This document shows positions 18,191 through 27,341 of a DNA stretch of 64,000 nt, in pieces. The translations under genes and the position numbers were made by a program. How positions within the stretch are numbered: position 1 is the stretch's first letter; each line of letters opens with the position of its first letter. Source of the stretch: Synergistales bacterium (GTDB lineage Bacteria > Synergistota > Synergistia > Synergistales > JAFGMB01); assembly GCA_963666205.1 (NCBI GenBank), contig OY762654.1, forward strand, positions 2,304,001-2,368,000, given 5' to 3'. Below the pieces are notes generated by a model. It ran no database searches. It had not been told where the DNA came from and saw only the letters and a program-made list of their open reading frames with translations.

Positions 18191-18229
18191 ATGCAAGCGG
18201 TTGCATGGAATATCTATTGCTGTTACAAT
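18191..18229 (+). promoter_or_regulatory. pyr operon promoter with an overlapping LacI-like palindrome
   Basis: atgcaagcggttgcat overlaps TTGCAT-17 bp-TACAAT with an extended TG. Confidence 0.6.
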
Positions 18230-18308
18230 TCTCTATAAAGCTCGACTGTAGAGTCCCTATTATATGGCCTGTGGAATAAGGTCAATTTCCAGGAAAGAGG
18301 GTGTACTT

Positions 18309-18869
18309 TTGGTCTATATAGAGAAAGCACACATCATGAACGAAGAAGATATGAAGAGAGTATTAAGGAGAATAGCAATTGAGATCATAGAAAGGAACAG
18401 GGGGCTTGAAGATGTAGTCCTTCTCGGGATCCAGAGAAGGGGTGTATATCTTGCATGCAGACTCAAGGAGCTCCTTAAAGATATAGAAGGAGTGAAAGTT
18501 CCTACAGGCGAACTTGATATAACCCTTTACAGGGATGATATCCCCACCCTTCTTGAACAGCCCGTAGTTCACAGTACTTCCATTCCCGTAGATATCGCAG
18601 GTAAGAAACTGATCCTTGTTGATGATGTTCTTTATACCGGAAGGACTATCCGCGCTGCCCTTGATGCTCTCATGGATCTTGGCAGACCGGATAACGTGCA
18701 GCTTGTGATACTTGTTGACAGGGGACACAGGGAACTTCCTATCCAGGCGGATTATGTAGGTAAGGTCATTCCGACTTCCCGAAATGAGATGGTTGAGGTG
18801 TTTATGGAAGAACTGGATGGCAAGGACCAGGTCGTTATTACAGAAGAAAGTGAGGTGCAGGTGGATTGA
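18309..18869 (+). CDS. pyrR: Pyrimidine regulator / uracil phosphoribosyltransferase
   Basis: [35 protein letters not shown]. Confidence 0.96.
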   Translation: MVYIEKAHIMNEEDMKRVLRRIAIEIIERNRGLEDVVLLGIQRRGVYLACRLKELLKDIEGVKVPTGELDITLYRDDIPTLLEQPVVHSTSIPVDIAGKKLILVDDVLYTGRTIRAALDALMDLGRPDNVQLVILVDRGHRELPIQADYVGKVIPTSRNEMVEVFMEELDGKDQVVITEESEVQVD

Positions 18870-19792
18870 ACTGGAGACATAAATGCCTTCTTGATCTTGA
18901 TGACTGGACCAGAGAAGAACTTTCCCTTTTTCTGGAACAGGCTAACTATATGGAAGAGCTTCTTAATCGGCCTATCAAGAAAGTACCGGCCTTAAGAGGC
19001 AAAATGATAGTTAACTTCTTCTTTGAACCCTCTACGCGAACAAGGGTTTCCTTTGAACTTGCAGAGAAAATGCTGAGTGCAGACGTCGTAAACTGGTCAG
19101 CTTCCGGATCTAGTGTGAGCAAAGGTGAAACTCTGAGGGATACTGCGTGGACTTTGGAATCAATGGGGGCTGATGCTGTAGTAATGAGACATGGGGCAGT
19201 GGGAGCTGCTGACTATCTTGCTAGAAAGTTGAGAAAAGCTTCTGTATTTAATGCAGGAGACGGCACCCACGGTCACCCTACCCAGGCTCTTCTTGATTTA
19301 CACTCAGCCTGGAAGAAACTTGGATCTCTGGAAGGTGCAAAAATGGTCATTGTTGGAGATGTTCTCCATAGCAGAGTGGCAAGATCTGATATAAAGGCCT
19401 TTTCCAAAATGGGAGTAAATGTTGTCCTTTCAGGTCCGGCTACACTCATGCCAAGGGATATTTCATGTCTTGGAGCGGAATATGAACCTGTCCCAGAAGT
19501 TGCGCTGAAAGACTCTAATATGGTTTACCTTCTGAGGATCCAGCAGGAAAGACAGAAGCAGGGTCTTATTCCTTCTCTGGATGAATATCATGTCAGATAT
19601 GGTGCTACTGAGGATCTGTTGAAATTCGCCAGACCTGATGCCCTGGTAATGCATCCTGGCCCGATTAACAGGAGAGTAGAGATAGCATCCGAAATTGCTG
19701 ATGGGAATCAGAGTATTATTCTCGAGCAGGTCCGCAGCGGTGTGGCTGTTCGTATGGCCCTTCTATATCTATGTGTTGGAGGTGGCAAATAA
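18866..19792 (+). CDS. pyrB: Aspartate carbamoyltransferase
   Basis: [27 protein letters not shown]. Confidence 0.97.
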   Translation: MNWRHKCLLDLDDWTREELSLFLEQANYMEELLNRPIKKVPALRGKMIVNFFFEPSTRTRVSFELAEKMLSADVVNWSASGSSVSKGETLRDTAWTLESMGADAVVMRHGAVGAADYLARKLRKASVFNAGDGTHGHPTQALLDLHSAWKKLGSLEGAKMVIVGDVLHSRVARSDIKAFSKMGVNVVLSGPATLMPRDISCLGAEYEPVPEVALKDSNMVYLLRIQQERQKQGLIPSLDEYHVRYGATEDLLKFARPDALVMHPGPINRRVEIASEIADGNQSIILEQVRSGVAVRMALLYLCVGGGK

Positions 19793-21090
19793 TGATCCTG
19801 TTGAAGGGTGGAACCATATTTGACGGTAAAAATATATTACAAGGAACGGCCGATGTCCTGATTGAAGAAGGAAGGGTCAGCAGGATAGCACCCTCTATAG
19901 AAAAAGAGGGAGTCACCGAATTTGATGTTAGTGGGAAGATTATATGTCCTGGCTTTATAGATATCCATGTTCACTTCAGGGATCCTGGTTTTGAATGGCG
20001 GGAGGATATACAGTCCGGTTCCAGGGCCGCCGCCGCTGGCGGGTATTCCACAGTTGTCGTTATGCCCAACACGGATCCTCCAGTTGATAATGCTCCCATG
20101 ATCGAATATGTAAATTCAAAAGGAGCAAAGACAGCAGGAGCAAGAGTTCTTCCTTCGGGCTGTGTAAGTAGGGAAAGAAAGGGAGAATTAATGGCAGAAC
20201 TTGGCAAAATGGCCAGGGCAGGAGCCGTTTTTTTTACAGATGATGGTTCTCCCCTTGCCAATACCGATCTCATGAGAACAGCGCTGCTTTATACAAGAGA
20301 TATGGATGTCAGGATCATGGAGCATCCGGAAGATCCCTATCTTACTGCAAAAGGGCAGGTGAATGATGGTCTTGCCTCTTCTCTGAGCGGTCTTAAGGGA
20401 ATGCCAGCTTCTGCGGAATATATAGATATAGCAAAGGGTATCGCTCTATGCAGGGAAACAGGATCTCCTATCCACTTCACCCACGTAAGCACCAGAATGG
20501 CCATGGAAGCTATAAGTTCTGCAAAAAATGAAGGACTCCCCGTTACCTGTGATGTTACCGCTCATCATCTATCTCTGGACGAAAATCATGTAATGGTAAG
20601 TAAATTTGATTCCGTCTACAAGGTTAACCCTCCTCTTAGGAGTAAAGATGATGTTAAAGCTCTTTGGAAGTATTTATCCCAAGGGGTTGTAGATGCAATA
20701 ATTACAGATCACGCCCCATGGCATGAAGATGAAAAGGATGTTCCCTTCCAGGAGTCTCCTTTCGGGATCGCATCTCTTGAATGTTCTGTAGCAGTGGTAT
20801 TTGATACATGGATAAAACTGGGCAAACCCGTTGACCTTGCCATGCTGCTTTCCCTCTTTACCCGTTGTCCAGCCCAACTCCTTCCCGATCCCTGGAAGAC
20901 GGAGCTTGGAAGGCTGGAAGAAGGTTGTATAGCGGATATTACTGTCCTTGATCTTGACGAATCCAGAACGGTTGACCTGGCTCAATGGAAAAGCAAGGCC
21001 AGAAACTGTCCCTGGAGGGGCGAACTCCTTTCCGGATGGACAACCCTTACTATGATTGAAGGCCGAATAGTGTATTCGGGAGTCGAATAA
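19792..21090 (+). CDS. pyrC: Dihydroorotase
   Basis: PGFIDIHVHFRDPG, MPNT, KVNPPLR, TDHAP. Confidence 0.96.
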   Translation: MILLKGGTIFDGKNILQGTADVLIEEGRVSRIAPSIEKEGVTEFDVSGKIICPGFIDIHVHFRDPGFEWREDIQSGSRAAAAGGYSTVVVMPNTDPPVDNAPMIEYVNSKGAKTAGARVLPSGCVSRERKGELMAELGKMARAGAVFFTDDGSPLANTDLMRTALLYTRDMDVRIMEHPEDPYLTAKGQVNDGLASSLSGLKGMPASAEYIDIAKGIALCRETGSPIHFTHVSTRMAMEAISSAKNEGLPVTCDVTAHHLSLDENHVMVSKFDSVYKVNPPLRSKDDVKALWKYLSQGVVDAIITDHAPWHEDEKDVPFQESPFGIASLECSVAVVFDTWIKLGKPVDLAMLLSLFTRCPAQLLPDPWKTELGRLEEGCIADITVLDLDESRTVDLAQWKSKARNCPWRGELLSGWTTLTMIEGRIVYSGVE

Positions 21091-21091
21091 T

Positions 21092-21886
21092 ATGTGTGAT
21101 GGTGGATCATCCATCCCTGCTGGTGACTTCAAAGGTACCGTAAGGGATATAAGACAGATAACAGAAACTGTTTTTTACATACGCATTGTCTGTCCCGTCA
21201 TATCCAGACTGGTGAGACCCGGGCAATTCATAATGGTCCGCTTCCCGAACAGATATGATCCTCTTCTGGGAAGGCCTCTGGCAGTTTCTTCTGCAGAGGG
21301 AGATGATGTTTCCATATGTTTTCAGGTAGTGGGCAGAATGACAGAATTGTTATCCAGGATTCTTCCAGGTGAAATTCTTTCCCTGAGAGGTCCAATGGGG
21401 AACGGTTTCGGATCGCCATCTTCAACAAGGGTTACTATGGTGGCAGGAGCCCTCGGGGCAGCTCCTCTGATCTTTGCATATAATAGAATACCTGAAAATA
21501 TTGGGAAAGATTTTATCCTTGGTGTTGCAGACTGTTCATGGTACCCATTCTGTGAGTGGATTAAACAGCTGATACCGGAAGTAAGGTTTTTTTCTGAGGA
21601 TGGCAGTATCGGTGAAAAGGGGACAGTCCTTAATGGTCTGGTTGAGGAATTATCTCCAGAGGAAGAGATCTGGACATGTGGTCCCATTCCCATGATGAGA
21701 GTCATAGGAGAGAAATATACCAGGGGAAGAGAGAGGATCAGGGTCAGTCTGGAAACCCGTATGGCTTGTGGAATGGGAGGATGTCAGGGATGTGTAATCA
21801 ACACCCTGAAGGGCAAAAAAAGGGTCTGTGTTGATGGGCCCGTTTTTTCTGCAGAGGAGGTATGCTGGGATGACCTCAAAGGATAA
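21092..21886 (+). CDS. pyrK: Dihydroorotate dehydrogenase electron-transfer subunit
   Basis: PGQF, RPL, GPMGNGF, CGP, MACGMGGCQGC...CVDGPVF. Confidence 0.93.
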   Translation: MCDGGSSIPAGDFKGTVRDIRQITETVFYIRIVCPVISRLVRPGQFIMVRFPNRYDPLLGRPLAVSSAEGDDVSICFQVVGRMTELLSRILPGEILSLRGPMGNGFGSPSSTRVTMVAGALGAAPLIFAYNRIPENIGKDFILGVADCSWYPFCEWIKQLIPEVRFFSEDGSIGEKGTVLNGLVEELSPEEEIWTCGPIPMMRVIGEKYTRGRERIRVSLETRMACGMGGCQGCVINTLKGKKRVCVDGPVFSAEEVCWDDLKG

Positions 21887-22793
21887 ATCCCTCTGCGTCA
21901 ATATCGGTGGAGTCCTCCTTGATTCTCCTATCGTAATCGCATCAGGGGTCTGGCCCTATGAAGAGGAACTATGGTCTCGTGAACGCCTGAAAGGAGTAGG
22001 TGCGTTATCTACCAAGGCAGTTACTCTTGAACCCCGGATCGGCAATCCGGGTACCAGGGTCTGGGAAACACCTTCGGGAATGCTCAACAGTATAGGCCTC
22101 CAGAATGGTGGAGTAGATACCTTTATTAAAGAATATCTTCCCATTGTGAGAAAAAGTGGATTACCTTTTGTCGTTAATGTTGCAGTGGAACGACCTGCAG
22201 AAACAGAGGCTACCCTGAAAAGGCTTAATGAAATCAGGGAGATCATTCCGGCAGTGGAACTGAACGTTTCCTGTCCGAATGTTGATGATGGGGGAATGTG
22301 CTGGGGGCTTTTTCCTGAAAGTGCAGCCCAGGCTGTATCTCTTGCAAGAGAATTCTGGAAGGGGTCCCTATGGGTAAAACTTACCCCTCAGTCTCCCGAT
22401 ATCATGGGTGTGGCATCAGCTGCAGAGGACGCTGGTGCAGATGCGCTTGTAGTAGCTAATACGTGGCTTGGTATGGCTATCGATACAAGGACTGCAAGGC
22501 CCGTTTTTGAAAGGACCTGTGCTGGCCTTTCCGGACCTGCTATTTTCCCCCTTGCTCTCAAAGCTGTATGGGATGTAGCGTCTACTGTAAATATACCCAT
22601 TGTCGGTTGCGGAGGTGTAATCAGTTATCAGGACTGTCTGGCCATGATAATGGCTGGAGCTTCCGCTGTTGAGATCGGAACGGCGATGTTCATCGACTTT
22701 GAAACTCCTGCAAGGATATGCAATGGTCTTTCAGATTATCTTGAAGAAAAAGGTCTTTTCGATCTGGGTGAACTTGTTGGTATAGCAAGATAA
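21870..22793 (+). CDS. pyrD: Dihydroorotate dehydrogenase 1B catalytic subunit
   Basis: NSIGLQN, ELNVSCPN, VKLTP, GLSGPA. Confidence 0.95.
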   Translation: MTSKDKSLCVNIGGVLLDSPIVIASGVWPYEEELWSRERLKGVGALSTKAVTLEPRIGNPGTRVWETPSGMLNSIGLQNGGVDTFIKEYLPIVRKSGLPFVVNVAVERPAETEATLKRLNEIREIIPAVELNVSCPNVDDGGMCWGLFPESAAQAVSLAREFWKGSLWVKLTPQSPDIMGVASAAEDAGADALVVANTWLGMAIDTRTARPVFERTCAGLSGPAIFPLALKAVWDVASTVNIPIVGCGGVISYQDCLAMIMAGASAVEIGTAMFIDFETPARICNGLSDYLEEKGLFDLGELVGIAR

Positions 22794-22812
22794 AAAGAGA
22801 TACTCCCCCGGT

Positions 22813-23274
22813 TTAGCAGGGGGAGTATCTCTTTTCCCATAGTTCCTTAAAGGAATGAAAGGCTCGTTCCATCCTTTCCCTGCAGATAGGGGTTATCTCT
22901 TCTTTAAAATCAAAGGAGTGTCCGCTGACAGAAAGAAGTAAAGTTTCCGGATAAGGTATTTTTAAGGATTCCATGAGGTGAAGGACCCAGGCTGGACCCA
23001 TGGAGTGAATGTTCAGGCCTTCTATATTCGGATCAGGTTTCATTACCTCAAGGAGAAATCCTTCAGGCAGACCTTCGGCAGAGGCATCTATAAATATAGC
23101 AAGATCCTTATCTCTCAGATCCTCTACGATCTCCGGGAGCAATTGCTGTTCTATCCACGTTTCAGCTTCTACTCCCTTTGATATAAGAAATTCACAAACA
23201 AGGGGTGCCAGTTCATGGCCGAGCCTGTCATCTTCACGAAAGGGATTGCCATAGCCCGCAACGAGGACTTTCAT
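22813..23274 (-). CDS. Hydrogenase maturation protease (HoxW/HycI family)
   Basis: GYGNPFREDD.LG, FIDA and HS motifs; follows the large subunit. Confidence 0.9.
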   Translation of the reverse strand: MKVLVAGYGNPFREDDRLGHELAPLVCEFLISKGVEAETWIEQQLLPEIVEDLRDKDLAIFIDASAEGLPEGFLLEVMKPDPNIEGLNIHSMGPAWVLHLMESLKIPYPETLLLSVSGHSFDFKEEITPICRERMERAFHSFKELWEKRYSPC

Positions 23275-23287
23275 CTTTTCACCTCTC

Positions 23288-23330
23288 AAAAATAAATAAG
23301 GGGCCAGGTTGAAACTGGCCCCCTTTTTTT
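23288..23330 (-). terminator. Terminator-like hairpin between the hydrogenase large subunit and the protease
   Basis: ggggccag/ctggcccc stem with T-rich tails on both strands. Confidence 0.7.
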
Positions 23331-23344
23331 ACAGCGTATTATGC

Positions 23345-24787
23345 TCAGTGTTTCTCGATGCGTGTTAGTTCTTTTCCCTTATGGTCAACAACAGTTACCA
23401 TAAGAGGCATTTTGCCTACAGCATGAGTCGAGCAGGAGAGACATGGGTCATAGCAGCGGATGACGTGTTCCATACGGTTGAGAACGCCTTCCTTGATATC
23501 CGGGCCTTTGATGAATTCTCTGGCTACCATTTCAACACCCTTGTTCATTGCATAATTATTATGTCCAGTAGCAACAATAAGGTTTACCTTTTCGATAGCC
23601 CCTTTATCGTTGACCTCATAATGATGGATAAGGGTACCTCTGGGTGCCTCGATAACACCTATACCTTCGGGCTGAAGGTTGGTTGAGGTTACACGCAGGT
23701 CACTACCGGTGATATCCGGATCATTGAGAAGTTCCTCCGTGCGTTCAAAAGCGTAAAGAATTTCCATAAGCCTGGCATAATGATAGTACAGTGTGTAGTG
23801 TACAACCCCATCATCGGTCATTGAACGGAATTCTGCAAGTTCTGCAGATGCTTCAGGAGTAGAGAAGTCGTCACAGGCATTAACCCTTCCAAGAGGTCCT
23901 ACCCTGTATGATCCATGGGGGAAACCGAGAGAGCGATAGAAGGGGAACTTCAGATAACTCCAGCTTTCTACATGTTCTCCCAGATATTTATAGTAGTCTT
24001 TGTTGGCAAATTCATCTGTTATCCTTCCTCGTGGGCTCCGGAGGCGGATATCTCCATCGTAAAGTTCAAGCTTGCCTCCATTAACCAGGCCAAGGTAAGA
24101 ACTTTCAAGCGTAGCAAAAGTTCTTGCCAGTTCATGGTTTTGGGAAAGATAGTCCTTAACCAGTCCTATTGTCTCTTTAAGTTTTTCCTTAAGGGCGGGT
24201 ATACCCTTGAGGATCTCATCCTTCTCTGTAGTCTTAAGGCTTCTGTTGACACCTCCGGGGATGCTGTGCCACGGATGTACTTTTTTGCTGCCCAGGGTTT
24301 TGATGATCTCCTGTCCATACTTCCTCATGCCTATTCCAACCAGTGCAAGTTCGGGATATTTCTGAGCCACTCCGACCACATTCCTTATAGCAGGATCTGC
24401 GTCGAATCCGAAGAGAATATCCGGGCTTGAAAGATGGAAAAAACTCAAGGCATGGGATTGAATGAACTGTCCCATGTGCATAAGTTCTCGAAGCTTATGG
24501 GCGGTCGGTGTTATCTGAACCCCCAGAATGGCATCGCATGCCTTGGCCGATGCCAGATGGTGGCTAACAGGGCAGATCCCACATATTCTTGGGGTAATAA
24601 CAGGCATTTCTCTGAAATCCCTACCCCTGGAGAAGACTTCAAATCCCCTGAACTGGGTTACGTGAAACCTGGCATTATCAACCTGTCCGTCTTCTCTGAG
24701 GGCTACTGTGATCTTGCCGTGACCCTCGATACGGGTGACTGGATTTACTTCTATAGTTCTTGTCGTTGTGTTATTTTTCATTTTCAA
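23345..24787 (-). CDS. hoxH: Group 3 [NiFe] hydrogenase large subunit (HydL/HoxH-like)
   Basis: TRIEGH, RICGICPVSH (L1) and YDPCLSCSTH (L2) with a 25-aa C-terminal extension. Confidence 0.95.
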   Translation of the reverse strand: MKMKNNTTTRTIEVNPVTRIEGHGKITVALREDGQVDNARFHVTQFRGFEVFSRGRDFREMPVITPRICGICPVSHHLASAKACDAILGVQITPTAHKLRELMHMGQFIQSHALSFFHLSSPDILFGFDADPAIRNVVGVAQKYPELALVGIGMRKYGQEIIKTLGSKKVHPWHSIPGGVNRSLKTTEKDEILKGIPALKEKLKETIGLVKDYLSQNHELARTFATLESSYLGLVNGGKLELYDGDIRLRSPRGRITDEFANKDYYKYLGEHVESWSYLKFPFYRSLGFPHGSYRVGPLGRVNACDDFSTPEASAELAEFRSMTDDGVVHYTLYYHYARLMEILYAFERTEELLNDPDITGSDLRVTSTNLQPEGIGVIEAPRGTLIHHYEVNDKGAIEKVNLIVATGHNNYAMNKGVEMVAREFIKGPDIKEGVLNRMEHVIRCYDPCLSCSTHAVGKMPLMVTVVDHKGKELTRIEKH

Positions 24788-24793
24788 TTCCTC

Positions 24794-25333
24794 CTAGTCG
24801 TACCGCATCATGTCAACAGGAACTTTGGGAATTCTCCCCTGGAGAATTTCCTGGAAGACGTAGAGGATGGTGTCGGGATCGGGAGGACACCCGGGCACGT
24901 AAACGTCGACCTTGACCTTGTAATCGATGGGTATAGCCTTCGGCAGAAGGGCTGGTACGTCTCCTCCCGGAATAATCCCTTCGGGATTTACAGTGCTGAC
25001 TCCGTTTTTATATCCTTCGTTAAGGACTTCACTGGCATCCATGAAATTCCTCATACAATTAATTCCGCCAAATACCGCACAATCTCCCCATGCTATGAGA
25101 ATTTTGCACTGTTTTCGCATTTTCTCAGCTATATGCAATTCTTCTTCGTTACCTAAAGCACCGGAAATAACTCCAACATCGACCTGGGGTATTTCTTTTA
25201 TATCAGTGATAGGTGTTGAAGTAAGTTCAACGGCATCGAGAAGATCGACGATACGCTCGTCAATATCAAGGAAGGACATGTGACATCCAGCACAGGCCTC
25301 GAGCCAGGTAGTAGCAATTTTTGGTTTCGTCAT
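24794..25333 (-). CDS. hoxY: [NiFe] hydrogenase small subunit (HydS/HoxY-like, single cluster)
   Basis: CAGCHMS, GDCA..GGI, VPGCPP; 179 aa. Confidence 0.93.
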   Translation of the reverse strand: MTKPKIATTWLEACAGCHMSFLDIDERIVDLLDAVELTSTPITDIKEIPQVDVGVISGALGNEEELHIAEKMRKQCKILIAWGDCAVFGGINCMRNFMDASEVLNEGYKNGVSTVNPEGIIPGGDVPALLPKAIPIDYKVKVDVYVPGCPPDPDTILYVFQEILQGRIPKVPVDMMRYD

Positions 25334-25336
25334 TTC

Positions 25337-27325
25337 CTACACCTCCTCCAGGACAGCCATCTGAGCCTTTTCGGGTGGGACCTGGTTCGTGAAGATATTT
25401 TCACAGGGCCTTACCTCTGAACTGGCAATGGAAATTCCCATTTTATCAGTAATGGTGTTGAATATTTCTGATAGTCCCTTAAGATCCTTCTGCGGGCGGA
25501 CTATCACATTGAGTCTTCTCCGTTCGCCTTCTATGGTACAGAAGTGTCCACTTCTCTCATACCATGCCGGTGCCGGGAGAAGGATATCTGCCATGTTCAC
25601 CAGGGGATGAACCATGAACGGGGTCTGTACAACGCAGAATCGGGCCATGCTCATTGCCTCAAGAGATTGCGGGGCTTCAGGAACAAGTCCTGTGGAAGAG
25701 ACATAGAGACAGTCAATATCTGCTGTCTCAAGCCAGGCTTCTTCTCCCAGAACTGTGTTAATGGCGGCCAGACTATTGCCGCTTCTCACCATGGGTACGA
25801 TCCCAAGACCATCTGCAAAGAAAGCCCTGGATGCAATTGCGAGGTTTGTAGCCGCTGTAATATTTGCGGCTTCATCTGCCAGTTTGCCGCCAAGGATCAG
25901 TACGGGTTTCTCTGCTTTTTCGAGCATCCTGGCAAGGGTATTCAGTTCAGGATTACCAGTGATCTCAGATCCATCGCTTACCGCCTGGACAAGCTGTAAA
26001 AGAATTTTCCTGACCTCTTTTCTGTCAGATCTGATATCCACATCTGTGATTCCCTTGAAGGGTGTAGTGCAATCGCAGATGTTTGCCAGTTTTGCTTCTT
26101 TCTGGATAGTTGCTACGCGGATGTAGCTTGCAACTACCGGAGCTTCATCCTGGGGGTCCGCTTCTATGGTCAGGATCATGTCGCTCTCCAGGATGTTATG
26201 AGCAGCGGTAAAGGGATGGACACCCTGTTCCACAAAAGGTTGAAATCCTTTCTTGAAACCTCTCAGAACATCTCCTGAAAAACAGTCGATGTATTTGAGG
26301 TTTAGAGAATTCTTGAAGACATCGCTATAAAGGGTAAGTTCTTCATCAGTATGAAGACCGGAGAGTATTGCCCCAGCCTTCGATTTACTCCAAGCATCTT
26401 TCATCTTCAAGGCAGCCTTGGTAAGGGCTTCATCCCAGGATGCTTCCCTGAATGTGGAACCTTCCCGGATCATTGGAACAGAAAGACGCTCTCTTTCTGT
26501 TGATTCCGGAAGCCCCCATCTGCCCTTATGACAGAGCTGTCCTCCGTCAGGACCTTCTGCATTTGAACCTTCAACTCTTGCAATGCTTCCAGTGCGGACG
26601 TAGCCCTTTATCTCACAACCGACTGAACACATGGGGCAGATACTTTCCACAACTTCGTCGCAATCATGCCTTCTTCCCCTGTAGACAAACTCCCGTATGG
26701 TGATGGTACCGGTAGGACAGACCTGTGCACAGGCTCCGCAGTTTATGCAGGTTTCGCTGTCTCCCATCATCTCTCCCAGATCTGAGATCACACTTGCGCT
26801 CCAGCCTCTTTTCTTGAGATCAAGGGTATGTGCTCCCACTTTTTCTGCACACATTCGGATGCATCTGCCACAGAGTATGCAACGGTTATGATCCATTTGA
26901 AGATCAGCTGAAGTAGCGTCGTTTTCAAAATCGTGATAGAGATAGGGATACCTAACACTGTCCATTCCATGTTCAATGGCAAGAGTCTGGAGTTCACAGT
27001 CTCCGCTCTGGGAACAGAACATACAGAAGTGGTTTCTTCCAGCGAAGAGGAGTTCCAGTATCTGTTTTCTGTAGTTGAACAATTTATCTGTCTTTGTACT
27101 TACTACCATACCGTCCTGAGCAGGGGTTGTACATGAGGTAAGAAGTTTGTTGCTTCCCTCTACCTCGACTACGCACATACGGCATGCTCCCGAAGGAGAA
27201 AGACCTTTCAGGTAGCAGAGGGTAGGTATATAGGTATCATTTCTGCGGGCAACCTCAAGGATAGTGTCCCCCTGGAGGCCCTTACAAGTTTTTCCGTCTA
27301 TGATCAAAGTGATCTCGCTCATCAT
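25337..27325 (-). CDS. HydA/BfuA-like Fe-S subunit: NuoG-type clusters plus a non-catalytic molybdopterin-oxidoreductase fold
   Basis: 2Fe-2S (CY...CRMC...C), HxCxxC-x5-C, two 4Fe-4S motifs, CPMCSVGC...LCHKG; no H-cluster motifs, no Mo-ligand motif, no domain IV. Confidence 0.88.
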   Translation of the reverse strand: MMSEITLIIDGKTCKGLQGDTILEVARRNDTYIPTLCYLKGLSPSGACRMCVVEVEGSNKLLTSCTTPAQDGMVVSTKTDKLFNYRKQILELLFAGRNHFCMFCSQSGDCELQTLAIEHGMDSVRYPYLYHDFENDATSADLQMDHNRCILCGRCIRMCAEKVGAHTLDLKKRGWSASVISDLGEMMGDSETCINCGACAQVCPTGTITIREFVYRGRRHDCDEVVESICPMCSVGCEIKGYVRTGSIARVEGSNAEGPDGGQLCHKGRWGLPESTERERLSVPMIREGSTFREASWDEALTKAALKMKDAWSKSKAGAILSGLHTDEELTLYSDVFKNSLNLKYIDCFSGDVLRGFKKGFQPFVEQGVHPFTAAHNILESDMILTIEADPQDEAPVVASYIRVATIQKEAKLANICDCTTPFKGITDVDIRSDRKEVRKILLQLVQAVSDGSEITGNPELNTLARMLEKAEKPVLILGGKLADEAANITAATNLAIASRAFFADGLGIVPMVRSGNSLAAINTVLGEEAWLETADIDCLYVSSTGLVPEAPQSLEAMSMARFCVVQTPFMVHPLVNMADILLPAPAWYERSGHFCTIEGERRRLNVIVRPQKDLKGLSEIFNTITDKMGISIASSEVRPCENIFTNQVPPEKAQMAVLEEV

Positions 27326-27341
27326 TTTACCTCCCTGGACC

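Noticed and set aside
18230-18308. PyrR attenuator
   Set aside because: I found no AGUCC.GnGAGG-like loop or terminator hairpin; a covariance search is needed to exclude it fully
23345-24787. [NiFeSe] hydrogenase
   Set aside because: Both L1 and L2 motifs use Cys codons and the frame is uninterrupted
25337-27325. [FeFe] hydrogenase or a second formate dehydrogenase
   Set aside because: No H-cluster P1-P3 motifs, no Mo-ligand Cys/Sec-His motif and no domain IV
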